Source: Candidatus Eiseniibacteriota bacterium (lineage in GTDB: Bacteria; Eisenbacteria; RBG-16-71-46; DASYSL01). From it: a stretch of 37,964 nt of DNA. The position numbers and the translations under genes are program-made. This document shows, piece after piece, positions 13,519 through 23,230 of this stretch. The notes under the pieces are model-generated. The model ran no database searches, was not told the origin of the DNA, and was given only the letters and a program-made list of their open reading frames with translations. The first letter of the stretch is position 1. Each line of letters opens with the position of its first letter. The stretch covers positions 1-37,964 of the forward strand of contig JBKJJJ010000087.1 in assembly GCA_046598045.1 (NCBI GenBank), written 5' to 3'.

Positions 13519-14825
13519 GCCGGCCGCCGCGCGAGCGCGGCTTCGGCGCGCGCGAACAGCGCGTCCACCGACCCGAGGAAATAGCCGACGTCGAAGCAGG
13601 CAGCAAGCCCCTGGCCGAGGCGGGCCTGGACCTCGGGCTCGGCCTCGAGCAGGTCCGCAAAGCGGCCCTCGCCGTGCCACGCCGCCATCGCGCAGCGCTG
13701 GACGAGCGCGTACGCATCCTCGCGCGCCATCCCGGCGGCGGTCAGCGCGAGCAGCACGCGCTGCGAGAACACGAGTCCGCCCGAGGCATCGAGGTTCGCG
13801 CGCATGCGGGCGGTGTCGACGGACAGGCCTTCGATCACCCACGCGAGGCGGTCGGTCAGGTAGTCGGCGAGCAGGAACGCATCGGGCAGGATCACGCGCT
13901 CGACCGAGGAGTGGCTGATGTCGCGCTCGTGCCACAGCGCGACGTCCTCGAGCGCGGCCACCTCGTAGCCGCGGAACAGGCGCGCGAGCCCGCTGATGCG
14001 CTCGCACACGACCGGGTTCCGCTTGTGCGGCATCGCGGAGCTCCCCTTCTGCCCGGCGCCGAACGGTTCCTCGAGTTCACGCACCTCCGTGCGTTGCAGA
14101 TGGCGAATCTCGGTCGCGATCCGTTCGTAGTTCGCGGCGAGATGCGCGAGCGCCGACATGAGGCGCGCGTGGCGATCGCGCGCGACGACCTGGGTCGCGA
14201 CCGGCTCGGGCGCGAGGCCGAGCGCCGCGAGGAACCCCTCCTCGATCCCGAGCGGCAGGTGGGCCGCCTGGCCGACCGCCCCGGAGAGCTTGCCGACCGC
14301 GCACTCGGCGAGCGCCGCCTCGAGCCCGCGGCGCGAGCGGTCGACCGCCGTCGCCCAGGTCAGGACCTTGAGGCCGAACGTGATCGGCTCGGCATGCACG
14401 CCGTGCGTGCGGCCGACCATGACGGTCGCGCGATGCTGCTGGGCGAGTGCGAGCAGGGCCGCCTGCAACCGGCCGATGCCCGCCAGGAGCAACCCGCCCG
14501 CCTCGCCCAGCGTCAAAGCGAGCGCGGTGTCCACGAGGTCGGAGGAGGTCATGCCCTGGTGGAGGAAGCGCTTCTCATCGCCCAGCGACGCGCCGACGTC
14601 GGTGAGGAACGCGATCACGTCGTGATGGAGCGTGGCCTCGAGCGCGTCGATGCGCGCGGCGTCGAAGCGGCCATGCGCGGCGATCGCGTCGGCGGTTCCG
14701 GGCGGACACAAGCCGGCCGCCTCCTGCGCGCGCATGGACGCGACCTCGACGGCGAGCCAGCGGCGATAGCGTGCGTCGTCGTGCCACAACTGCGCCATCG
14801 CGGGACGGGAGTAACGCTCGATCAC
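13515..14825 (-). CDS. purB: Adenylosuccinate lyase
   Basis: IERYSRP, GRTHGVHAEP, GSSAMPHKRNP, LWHERDISHSSVER; GTG start at 14825. Confidence 0.96.
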   Translation of the reverse strand: MIERYSRPAMAQLWHDDARYRRWLAVEVASMRAQEAAGLCPPGTADAIAAHGRFDAARIDALEATLHHDVIAFLTDVGASLGDEKRFLHQGMTSSDLVDTALALTLGEAGGLLLAGIGRLQAALLALAQQHRATVMVGRTHGVHAEPITFGLKVLTWATAVDRSRRGLEAALAECAVGKLSGAVGQAAHLPLGIEEGFLAALGLAPEPVATQVVARDRHARLMSALAHLAANYERIATEIRHLQRTEVRELEEPFGAGQKGSSAMPHKRNPVVCERISGLARLFRGYEVAALEDVALWHERDISHSSVERVILPDAFLLADYLTDRLAWVIEGLSVDTARMRANLDASGGLVFSQRVLLALTAAGMAREDAYALVQRCAMAAWHGEGRFADLLEAEPEVQARLGQGLAACFDVGYFLGSVDALFARAEAALARRPA

Positions 14826-15994
14826 GGCGTCCTCGCGCTGTCCGCGGCCGGGGGCGGCGACTCTGCGAGCACGAGGCTCACGGCGATGGGCTTGCCCGCG
14901 CGCTCGAGGTCGAGCCGCACCGTGTCCCCGACTCCGGCGCCGAAGATCGAACGCTGCGCGTCCTCGGCGGTGTTCACCGGCTCGCCGTTCACCTTGTAGA
15001 TGATGTCGCCGGTCCCGATGCCCGCCGCGAGCGCCGGGCTCTTCGCGTCGACGCGCGAGACCACGAGTCCTCCCGGCTTCGCGATGCCGAGCCGGCTCGC
15101 GAGGTACGGCGTCACCGGCTGGACCTGCAGCCCCGACCACGCGAGGCGGATCCGGCCGTAGCGCTTGACCTCGGCGAGCAGGCGCTTCGCGGTGTCGATC
15201 GGGATCGCGAATCCCATGCCGAGCGACCCGCCGCCGCGCGTGAAGATGAACGTGTTGACCCCGATCACCTCGCCCAGCCCGTTGACCAGCGGGCCGCCCG
15301 AGTTGCCCGGGTTGATCGCCGCGTCGGTCTGGATCATGTTCTTGTAGATGCCGCCCTCGCCCACCCCGCCCTTGATGTCGCGCTTCATCGCGCTGACCAC
15401 GCCCGCGGTGACGGACGGGCTCGGGTCGTTGAGCAGGAAGCCGAAAGGATTGCCGATGGCGATCGCCCACTCGCCGACGATCAGGCCCTCGGACGTGCCG
15501 AGTCGCGCGACCGGCACCGTCGCGCCCTTGACGTCCATCGCGACGATCGCGAGGTCGTAGACGGGACTCTCGCCCAGCACCTTGCCGGGGAACGTGCGGC
15601 CGTCGGGCAGCGTGACCTTGATCTCCTCGGCGTTGCGCACCACGTGGTCGTTGGTCAGCACGGTTCCCTGCGCGTCGACGATCACGCCTGAGCCGAGTGA
15701 CGGCATCTGCTCCTTGCGCTCGAACTGCGGGTAGAACCGATCGAAGAACTCGTCGGGGAAGAACGAGTAGAACGGGTTGTCGCGCACGACCTGGGTGGTC
15801 ATGACCGAGATCGAGACCACCGCGGGCATCGCGCGCTCCGCCGCCGAGACGATCGCGTTGCGGCGCGAGTCGTCGATCGTCCCGGGCCGGCGCGCGGCCA
15901 CGGGCTTCGCGGGCGTGCGCGCCGTCGCGGTCTCCCCGAGCGCGAGCGGGGCGGAGAGCACGAGAACCGCCAGCAACCAGGTCGACACCTTCAC
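14822..15994 (-). CDS. HtrA/DegP-family periplasmic serine protease with one PDZ domain
   Basis: Signal peptide, catalytic triad (TNDHVV, YDLA, GNSGGPL), IQTDAAINPG, C-terminal PDZ; GTG start at 15994. Confidence 0.93.
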   Translation of the reverse strand: MKVSTWLLAVLVLSAPLALGETATARTPAKPVAARRPGTIDDSRRNAIVSAAERAMPAVVSISVMTTQVVRDNPFYSFFPDEFFDRFYPQFERKEQMPSLGSGVIVDAQGTVLTNDHVVRNAEEIKVTLPDGRTFPGKVLGESPVYDLAIVAMDVKGATVPVARLGTSEGLIVGEWAIAIGNPFGFLLNDPSPSVTAGVVSAMKRDIKGGVGEGGIYKNMIQTDAAINPGNSGGPLVNGLGEVIGVNTFIFTRGGGSLGMGFAIPIDTAKRLLAEVKRYGRIRLAWSGLQVQPVTPYLASRLGIAKPGGLVVSRVDAKSPALAAGIGTGDIIYKVNGEPVNTAEDAQRSIFGAGVGDTVRLDLERAGKPIAVSLVLAESPPPAADSARTP

Positions 15995-16794
15995 GAGATC
16001 GCCCTCCCCCAGCCGTCGACGACTTCGCCGATGGGCGCCCAGCGCTCCGCGTAGCCCACCGACTCGAGCGTGAGGCCGTGTGGCGGCGCCGTCGGCCCCG
16101 CCGTGCGGCGGTCCATCGAGGCGAGGATCGCGGAGAGATCCTCGGCCCGCTTCGTGCCCTTCGTGATCGCGGTCGCAGTGCCCACCAGGTTCCTCACCAT
16201 GTGATAGAGAAATCGATTCGCATGCGCCTCGAGTTGCACTCCCCCGGCCCACGGGACGAATGCCAGGCGCGTCACCCGGCAGCGGCCATGGCGCGGCGGC
16301 TGGTTCGTCGGGTCGCGCCCGGCAAACGCGCGGAAGTCGTGCTCGCCCAGCAGCGGCTCGAACGCCCGCGTCAGGTCCGCCGGATCGAGGCGCATCCAGG
16401 GCCACCATGCCTGCCGCGCATGGAGCGCGCCGGGCCGGTCCAGCAGACGGTACACGTAGCGGCGTTCGACCGCCGAAAAGCGCGCGTGAAAAGTGTCCGG
16501 GACAACCGCCAACTCGCTGACCGCCACGTCGGGCGGCAGCAACCCCGCGAGCGCGCGCGCCAGGCGCCACAGCGGCAGCGGGTTTGCGGTCACGAGGCTC
16601 GCGACGTTGCCGCGCGCGTGCACCCCGCGGTCGGTCCGGCCCGCCACGCCGAGCGCGACCCGCTCCTGCAGTACCGCCCCGAGCACCTCCTCGAGCGCAC
16701 CCTGCACGGTGCGGATCGCCGGGTCGCCCTGCGCCTGCCAGCCCGAGAAGTCCGTGCCGTCGTACTCGACGACGAGCCGGATCGTCCGCGTCAC
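15991..16794 (-). CDS. truA: tRNA pseudouridine(38-40) synthase
   Basis: EYDGTDFSGWQ, AGRTDRGVHA, FHARFSA, FLYHMVR, TAPPHGL. Confidence 0.95.
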   Translation of the reverse strand: MTRTIRLVVEYDGTDFSGWQAQGDPAIRTVQGALEEVLGAVLQERVALGVAGRTDRGVHARGNVASLVTANPLPLWRLARALAGLLPPDVAVSELAVVPDTFHARFSAVERRYVYRLLDRPGALHARQAWWPWMRLDPADLTRAFEPLLGEHDFRAFAGRDPTNQPPRHGRCRVTRLAFVPWAGGVQLEAHANRFLYHMVRNLVGTATAITKGTKRAEDLSAILASMDRRTAGPTAPPHGLTLESVGYAERWAPIGEVVDGWGRAIS

Positions 16795-17519
16795 AAGCGC
16801 GCGAGCGCGGCCACCGCCAGCACGGTGCCCCCGGCGAGCACGACGGCCGCATCGCGCCACGTGTGCGCGCGCGGGGCCGGGGGCGTCCGCCGGGCGGCGC
16901 CGTAATGCCGCGCCGCGAGCACATAGGCGAGGCGGTCGGCGCGCCGCACGGAGGCGAGCACGAGCGGCACGGCGATCGCGGGCGCGGCCCACAGGCCGGG
17001 CCGGCGTCCGGCGCGCTGGGCGACCGCGCGCGTGAGCCGCTGCCCCTCCTCGGCCGCGAGTGGTCCGAAGCGTAGCGCCACCAGGCCCATCAGCCCGAGT
17101 GCCTCGCCGGTCTTCCCGAACGCGCGTCCGAGGGCGCCGGCGAGCGTGTCCGCCGCGCTCGAGGGCGAGGTCGCGGCCACCAGCCAGCCGAACGCGAGCG
17201 CCGTGATCGCGAGCCGCGCCGCGGTGCGCGCGCCGAGCGAGATCCCGAGGGTCGAGGGCGACCATGGCCACGCGGGGAACATGGGTGCGCCGGCTTGCGC
17301 GATCGCATTGACCGCGAACGCGAACGCGGCCAGCAGGAGCGCCGCCGGGACGAGCCGCGACAATGCCGCCGCCCGGCCCGACCAGACGAAGCTCGCGAGC
17401 GCCAGCGCCGCGAGGGCGGCGAGCGCGAGCGGTTGCACGACACACGCCGCTGAAGCCGCGAGCGCGATCGCCCACGCGGCGCGCGCGCCCAGCGAGACGG
17501 ACTCGCCGTGGCCCGTCAT
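16791..17519 (-). CDS. Energy-coupling factor transmembrane component T (EcfT/CbiQ-like)
   Basis: Hydrophobic 242-aa protein with ALRFGPL, AQRAG and RRADRLAYVLAARHY, matching the EcfT coupling helices; upstream of truA. Confidence 0.7.
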   Translation of the reverse strand: MTGHGESVSLGARAAWAIALAASAACVVQPLALAALAALALASFVWSGRAAALSRLVPAALLLAAFAFAVNAIAQAGAPMFPAWPWSPSTLGISLGARTAARLAITALAFGWLVAATSPSSAADTLAGALGRAFGKTGEALGLMGLVALRFGPLAAEEGQRLTRAVAQRAGRRPGLWAAPAIAVPLVLASVRRADRLAYVLAARHYGAARRTPPAPRAHTWRDAAVVLAGGTVLAVAALARL

Positions 17520-18535
17520 CGCGCCGCCGGGGCGGGTCGGCCGGCCATTGCCTCGGCGATCTGGACCGCGTTGAGTGCCGCCCCCTTGCGCAGGTTGTCG
17601 CACGCGATGAACAGCGCGAGCCCGCGCTCGTGCGACAGGTCGCGCCGGATCCGGCCGACGAGCGCATCGTCCCCGCCGGCCGCCTCGAGCGGCGTCGGGT
17701 AGATTCCGCGCGCCGGGTCGTCGACGACGCGCACGCCGGGAGCGCTTGCGAGCGCCGTGCGCGCCTCCTCGGGCGAGACCGCGCGCTCGAACTCGAGCCC
17801 GACCGCCTCCGCGTGCGCGACGCGCACCGGGACACGCACGGTGGTTGCCGACAGGCGGAGTTCGGGCAGGCCGAGGATCTTGCGCGACTCCCACAGCAGT
17901 TTCATTTCCTCGCGGCAGTAGCCGTTCTCCATGAAGTCGTCGACGTGGGGCAGTACATTGAACGCGATCGGCCGCGGATAGATCCGCGCGACGGCCGGCA
18001 GGCCGAGCGCGTCCGCCCTCACTTGCTCGTCGAGTTCGAGCAGCGCGTCCGCGCCGGTGCCCGACACCGACTGGTAGGTCGCCACCGTGACGCGTTCCAG
18101 GGGCGAGAGCTTCATCAGCGGGGCGAGCACGAGCACGAGCTGGATGGTCGAGCAATTCGGGTTGGCGACCAGGCCGCGCGCTTGCGCGAGCGCACCGGAA
18201 TTGACCTCGGGTACGACCAGCGGCACGTCATCGTCGTAGCGGAACGCATTCGAGTTGTCGATCACGGTCGCGCCGGCGCGGCGCGCGACGGGCGCCCAGG
18301 CGCGGCTGGCATCCGCCCCGGCCGAGAACAGCGCGAAGTCGATGCCGTCGAACGAGTGTTCGTCGACCTCGCGGGCTTCGAGCGTCTGGCCCTGAAACGC
18401 CAGCGCGCGGCCGGCGGAGCGGCTGGTCGAGAGCGCGCGCAACTCCGACACCGGGAATTGCCGGCTCTCGAGCACGCGGATCATCTCGCTGCCGACGGCG
18501 CCGGTGGCTCCGAGGATCGCGACCTTGAGGCTCAA
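17516..18535 (-). CDS. asd: Aspartate-semialdehyde dehydrogenase
   Basis: ILGATGAVG, VANPNCSTIQ, TYQSVSGTG, DNLRKGAALNAVQI; TTG start with GGAG upstream. Confidence 0.96.
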   Translation of the reverse strand: MSLKVAILGATGAVGSEMIRVLESRQFPVSELRALSTSRSAGRALAFQGQTLEAREVDEHSFDGIDFALFSAGADASRAWAPVARRAGATVIDNSNAFRYDDDVPLVVPEVNSGALAQARGLVANPNCSTIQLVLVLAPLMKLSPLERVTVATYQSVSGTGADALLELDEQVRADALGLPAVARIYPRPIAFNVLPHVDDFMENGYCREEMKLLWESRKILGLPELRLSATTVRVPVRVAHAEAVGLEFERAVSPEEARTALASAPGVRVVDDPARGIYPTPLEAAGGDDALVGRIRRDLSHERGLALFIACDNLRKGAALNAVQIAEAMAGRPAPAAR

Positions 18536-18574
18536 CGGGCTCTCCTACATGGTGTTGGTGGGCTGGACTTGCCC

Positions 18575-18603
18575 AGAATAACCGCTTGTTCCATGCCGGT
18601 CAA
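18575..18603 (-). promoter_or_regulatory. Sigma70-type promoter for the asd-led operon
   Basis: TTGACC-N17-TATTCT in the lnt-asd gap, about 40 nt upstream of the asd start. Confidence 0.65.
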
Positions 18604-18613
18604 CGCGCGCGGA

Positions 18614-20161
18614 TCAGGCGCCGGCGCGGCGCCGGGCCTGCCACGCGGAGAGCACGACGAGCAGCCCCGCGAGCCCGGCGACGAGCGGACCCACCACGTC
18701 CCCGAAGCGCGTGAACAGCGTGCGTTCGCGCGCCGGCGCGGGCAGCGGCAGCACCACGACCGCGTCCTCGAAGATCAACGGGGCCTTCGACACGCGCCCC
18801 CAGGGATCGGAAAGGAAGGTCAGGCCGGTGTTCGCGACGCGCGCCAGCGGAACGCGGTGCTCGACCGCCCGGAAGACGCTCATCGCGGCGTGCTGCGAGA
18901 GCGCCCCGCTCCGGCCGAACCACTCGTCGTTCGTGATCACCACGAGCCAGGTCGCGCCGCGCAGCACCTCGGCGCGAGCCGGGTCGCCGAAGATCGACTC
19001 GAAGCACACGAGGACCCCCACCGGCCCGACCGGGGTGGGCAGCGGCGACGGATCGACGCCCGGCGTCCACTCGGCCTGGCCGAGGTCGAGCTTGGCGATC
19101 GCCGGGACGAGCCACTCGAACGGCATCTTCTCGCCGAACGGCACGAGGTGCATCTTCGCGTATTGCGGTCCGAGCCCGGTGTGCGGCCAGAACACCCCGG
19201 CCGCGTTCCAGCTCAGCACGGTCTTCGGGCCCGTGAAGCGATAGTCCGGGTACCCCGTGAGGATACAGACCTCGGTCGAGTCGACGAAGTGCTGGAGCCG
19301 CATACGCTGCTCCAAGTTCTGGCGCAGGTAACTGCCGGTCGAGGTCTCGGGCCAGAGGACGAAGCGCGCCCCGTCCGCGATCGCCTGGCGGCTGAGCATC
19401 ATGAACTTCGCGAGCACCTCGTCCTCGTTCTTGCCGCTCCACTTGACGCTCCCCGGAACGTTGCCCTGGATCAGTCCCAGCGCCGGCCCGCCCGACGAGG
19501 GCGGCGGGATGCGCGGACCGAGCCACACGAACGGCAGCGCGAGCGCCACGAGGGCGGCGGCGGCGAATGCCGTCCGGACCCGCGCGGCGCGTGCGTCGAG
19601 CGCCGCGAGCACGAGGCCGTTGAGCGCGGCGACGAAGAGCGACACGCCGCTCACGCCCGAGAGCGTGGCAAGCTGGAGCACCGGGAGCAGGTTCCACTGG
19701 CTGTAACCGAGGTGGAGCCACGGAAAGCCGAGTTCGCCCTGCGCGCGCAGCCACTCCGACGCGAGCCAGAACAGCGGCCAGCCCAGCGCGACCGGCAGGC
19801 CGAGCCGGCGCCGGGCGAGCGCGGTCAGCGCAGCGGCGAGCGCGGGATAGAGCGCACAGTAGGCCGCAGCTGCGAACCACGCGGGATACATGATCCAGGA
19901 GACGGTGACCGCGACCTTGGACAGGAACGCGATCCAGTGCAGCGCGATGCCGAAGAAAACGAGGCCCAGCGCGTAGCCGAGGCCCCAGGCCTCGCGGGCG
20001 GAGCGCGGACGGCCGTGCTCTTCGGTCGCGAGCCAGCGCCCGGCCGGCACGAGGCCGATCCAGGCGAGCGGCGCGAGGTTGATCGGCGGGAACGCGAGCG
20101 CGAGCAGGACGCCGGAGGCGAGGGCCATCGCCCACGCCCGGCGCGCGCTCGGCCGGGGCAA
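18614..20161 (-). CDS. lnt: Apolipoprotein N-acyltransferase
   Basis: Multi-TM N-terminus, GFPWLHLGYSQ, QGNVP, WPETS, KMHLVPFGE, VCFES, TNDEWFG (E-K-C triad). Confidence 0.95.
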   Translation of the reverse strand: MPRPSARRAWAMALASGVLLALAFPPINLAPLAWIGLVPAGRWLATEEHGRPRSAREAWGLGYALGLVFFGIALHWIAFLSKVAVTVSWIMYPAWFAAAAYCALYPALAAALTALARRRLGLPVALGWPLFWLASEWLRAQGELGFPWLHLGYSQWNLLPVLQLATLSGVSGVSLFVAALNGLVLAALDARAARVRTAFAAAALVALALPFVWLGPRIPPPSSGGPALGLIQGNVPGSVKWSGKNEDEVLAKFMMLSRQAIADGARFVLWPETSTGSYLRQNLEQRMRLQHFVDSTEVCILTGYPDYRFTGPKTVLSWNAAGVFWPHTGLGPQYAKMHLVPFGEKMPFEWLVPAIAKLDLGQAEWTPGVDPSPLPTPVGPVGVLVCFESIFGDPARAEVLRGATWLVVITNDEWFGRSGALSQHAAMSVFRAVEHRVPLARVANTGLTFLSDPWGRVSKAPLIFEDAVVVLPLPAPARERTLFTRFGDVVGPLVAGLAGLLVVLSAWQARRRAGA

Positions 20162-20183
20162 CGCGGTGCGCGCCGGGCGGGCG

Positions 20184-21197
20184 CTAGGCGAGGCGCACCT
20201 CGCGCCCCTGTTCCGCGGAGCGGTAGATCGCGTCCACCAGGCGCATGACGGCGAGCATCTCGGCCCCGGACTTCCCCGCGCCGGAGCCCTTGCGAACCTG
20301 GTCGGCGAAGTGCGCGATCTGGGCCTCGATCGCCTGCTTGTAGACGTTGCGCGGCGAGTCCACCGCCGGGGTCACGTTGACCAGGCTGCCATGCATACCC
20401 TTGTGGATGCGCAGCGGATTCCACAGCGCGGCGCCGCTGTGCCCGAACAGGTTGACGTAGGCGAAGTCCTTCTCCATGAGGAGGCCCCACGTCACCTCGA
20501 GGTTGATCACGCCGCCGGTGTCGAGGCGCAGCAGCGCGATCAGCGAATCCTCGACCTCGGCCTTGCCCGCGCGGTGCGCCGAGGCGGAGACCGACTCGAC
20601 CTTCGGGGAGCCGAGGATGTGGAGCGTGAGGTCGAGCATCTGGACGCCCAGGTCCATCAGGACGCCGCCGCCCGAGACCTGCTTCTGCTGGCGCCATTCC
20701 TCCGTGCGCCAGTCGGTGCGCTGCCTCAGGCACCCGGTCTTGGTATAGAACACCTCGCCCAGCTCGCCGCGGTCGACGAACTTCTTGAGGATCTTCGTGT
20801 CCTCGCGATAGCGGTGCGCGAGCGCGCACTCGAGCAGGCGGTCGGCCTTGTCCGCGGCCTTGACCATCTTCTCGGTCTCGGACGCATTGCGCGCGATCGG
20901 GCGCTCGACCAGCACGTGCTTGCCGCTCTCGAGTGCGGCGATCGCGAGCGGGGCGTGCAGGAAGTTCGGGGTGCAGATGTCGACCAGGTCGATCTCGGGG
21001 TCCTCGAGCACGTCGTCGATCGTCGACGTCGCGCGCGGAACGCCGAAGCGCTGCGCCACGCGCGACGCCTTCTCCTCGTCGCGATCGCAGAGCACGACCA
21101 ACTCGACGTCCTCGAGCTTCTTCCAGGCCGGGATGTGGCTGACCTGGCCCGCCACGCCCACGCCGATCAACGCCGCCTTCAGGATCTTCTTCGCCAC
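20184..21197 (-). CDS. Gfo/Idh/MocA-family NAD(P)-dependent oxidoreductase
   Basis: LIGVGVAG Rossmann motif, ICTPNFLH, GKHVLVERP, GGGVLMDLGVQ; GTG start at 21197. Confidence 0.9.
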   Translation of the reverse strand: MAKKILKAALIGVGVAGQVSHIPAWKKLEDVELVVLCDRDEEKASRVAQRFGVPRATSTIDDVLEDPEIDLVDICTPNFLHAPLAIAALESGKHVLVERPIARNASETEKMVKAADKADRLLECALAHRYREDTKILKKFVDRGELGEVFYTKTGCLRQRTDWRTEEWRQQKQVSGGGVLMDLGVQMLDLTLHILGSPKVESVSASAHRAGKAEVEDSLIALLRLDTGGVINLEVTWGLLMEKDFAYVNLFGHSGAALWNPLRIHKGMHGSLVNVTPAVDSPRNVYKQAIEAQIAHFADQVRKGSGAGKSGAEMLAVMRLVDAIYRSAEQGREVRLA

Positions 21198-22168
21198 GCC
21201 CCCTCCCGTCCCAGGGTCTCGGGCGCGCCGCCCGGGGCGCCGCGCCGCTTGAGCTTTCGCCACAATCCTTGCCGCGACAATCCGAGGCGCCGCGCCGCGC
21301 GCGCACGGTTGCCGCCGGCTTCCGCCAGGGCCTGGTCGATGCGCGCCGCCTCGAGGGCGGCGATTTCTCCGGCGAGACGCCCCGCCCCGGCTGCGCCGGC
21401 CTGATTCGCCGCGACGAGTCGCGCCGGCAGCGCGTCGAGCCCGACCGCGCCGTCGGCGCGCGCGAACAGCGCGCCGTGGGTCATCGCCTGGGCCAGCTCG
21501 CGCACATTGCCCGGCCACGCGTGGCCCCGCACGAGCGTGCGTGCCGCACGGTCCAAGTACGCGCCCGGACACGCGCGCCCGAGGAACGCGCGGGCGAGCA
21601 GCAGTCCGTCTTCGCCACGCGCGCGCAGCGGCGGCAGGGACACCTCGATCGCGGCCAGACGGTACCACAGATCGGCGCGAAACCGCCCCTCCCGGACCGC
21701 GGCCGGGAGGTCGCGATGGGTCGCCGCCACGACCCGCACATTCGCCCGCCGCGTGCGCGTCTCGCCGAGGCGCCGGAACTCTCCGGCATCGAGCAGCCGC
21801 AGCAGCTTCATCTGGAGGGCGGGCCCCGCGTCACCGATCTCATCCAGGAACAGCGTGCCGCCCTCGGCCGCCTCGACCAGGCCCGCCCGCGGCGTCGCGC
21901 CCGTGAACGCCCCTCGCCCGGCGCCGAAGAGTTCGCTCTCGATCAGGCCCTCGGGGAGCGCGCCGCAGTTGAGGGCAACGAACGGCCCCCGGGGCGCCCC
22001 CGAGCCGGCATGCAGCGTGCGCGCCGCGAGGTCCTTCCCGGTTCCGGTCTCGCCCAGTACGAGCACCGGCAGGCTCGACGGCGCCGCGATCCTGAGGCGC
22101 GCGAGGGCGGCGAGCAACCCGGGGTCGGCGCCGATCCAGGTTGGTTCCGGGTCGATGGTATCGGGCAT
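21179..22168 (-). CDS. Sigma54-dependent transcriptional activator (AAA+ plus Fis-type HTH) with no N-terminal sensor domain
   Basis: [45 protein letters not shown]-terminal [13 protein letters not shown]. Confidence 0.9.
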   Translation of the reverse strand: MPDTIDPEPTWIGADPGLLAALARLRIAAPSSLPVLVLGETGTGKDLAARTLHAGSGAPRGPFVALNCGALPEGLIESELFGAGRGAFTGATPRAGLVEAAEGGTLFLDEIGDAGPALQMKLLRLLDAGEFRRLGETRTRRANVRVVAATHRDLPAAVREGRFRADLWYRLAAIEVSLPPLRARGEDGLLLARAFLGRACPGAYLDRAARTLVRGHAWPGNVRELAQAMTHGALFARADGAVGLDALPARLVAANQAGAAGAGRLAGEIAALEAARIDQALAEAGGNRARAARRLGLSRQGLWRKLKRRGAPGGAPETLGREGAWRRRS

Positions 22169-22207
22169 GGAAGAGTCCGCGGGAGCGGGCCCAGCGGGGA
22201 CCTGCGA

Positions 22208-23230
22208 CTAATCGTGCAACACAACTCCGCGCTCTCCCGCCTCGACCACGCCCAGGCGAAAGGGCGCTTCGCCCGCGGCCGTCAGCTGCGCGCGCACGTC
22301 GGCCGAGCGCGCGGGCGCAACCACCATGATCATTCCCACGCCGAGGTTGAACACGCGCTCCATCTCCTGGGTCTCGACGTCGCCCAGCGCCTGGAGAGCG
22401 CGGAACGTCCGCGGCCAGCTCCACGCGCTGCGGGCGATGCGCGCGCACGTGCCTGCGGGCAGGACGCGCACGAGGTTCCCGGGGATCCCGCCGCCGGTGA
22501 CGTGCGCAAGTCCGCTCAAGGCGCCCTGCTCGATCAAGGGACGCAACGCCGCAAGGTAGGAGCGGTGCGGCATGAGCAGCGCGTCGGCCACCATGGCATC
22601 GGCCCCGGGCAAAGGGGCGTCCCACGCGAGGCCTGCGTGAGCCACGATCCGGCGCGCGAGCGAGTAGCCGTTGGTGTGGAGCCCGGCGGACGGCAGCGCC
22701 CACAACTCGTCCCCGGAGCGAATGCGCGCGCCGTCGATGACGCGCTCGGGCGGGACGGTGCCCACGATCGTGCCCGCGAGGTCGAAGTCCCCGGCGGAGT
22801 AGAGGTCGGGCATCTCGGCGGTCTCGCCACCGAGCAGCGCGACTCCCTCGGCGCGGCAGGCCCCCGCGATGCCCTCGACGCAGGCCTGGAGCACGCGCGG
22901 CTCGAGCGCCCCGGTCGCGAAGTAATCGAGGAAGAACAGCGGGAACGCCCCCATCACGAGGATGTCGTTCACGCAGTGCCGCACCAGGTCCCCGGCAACC
23001 TCGCGTTCGCGTCGGGTGTCGCGCGCGATCAGCAGCTTCGTCCCCACCCCGTCGGTCGAGGCGGCGAGCCACGGCGTGCCCTCGGGCGCGCCCGGGACGG
23101 CGCACAGTCCGGCGAAGTGGCCCACGTCGCTCTTCACGCAGGGCGTGAACGTGGAACGGATCGTGTCCTTGAGCGAGCCGAGCGTGCGGTCGGCGCGCGC
23201 CATGTCGACCCCGGCCTCGTCGTAGCGCAT
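22208..23230 (-). CDS. purM: Phosphoribosylformylglycinamidine cyclo-ligase (AIR synthetase)
   Basis: [47 protein letters not shown]; its ATG shares nt 23230 with the HD-GYP stop. Confidence 0.96.
   Translation of the reverse strand: MRYDEAGVDMARADRTLGSLKDTIRSTFTPCVKSDVGHFAGLCAVPGAPEGTPWLAASTDGVGTKLLIARDTRREREVAGDLVRHCVNDILVMGAFPLFFLDYFATGALEPRVLQACVEGIAGACRAEGVALLGGETAEMPDLYSAGDFDLAGTIVGTVPPERVIDGARIRSGDELWALPSAGLHTNGYSLARRIVAHAGLAWDAPLPGADAMVADALLMPHRSYLAALRPLIEQGALSGLAHVTGGGIPGNLVRVLPAGTCARIARSAWSWPRTFRALQALGDVETQEMERVFNLGVGMIMVVAPARSADVRAQLTAAGEAPFRLGVVEAGERGVVLHD

Noticed and set aside
14822..17835. Apparent long fusions in the track (700-aa HtrA ORF, 614-aa TruA ORF, and similar extensions of purL, purB, purM, rsfS)
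   Set aside because: These are upstream in-frame extensions through neighbouring genes. The real starts coincide with ATGA/GTGA/TTGA-type overlaps.
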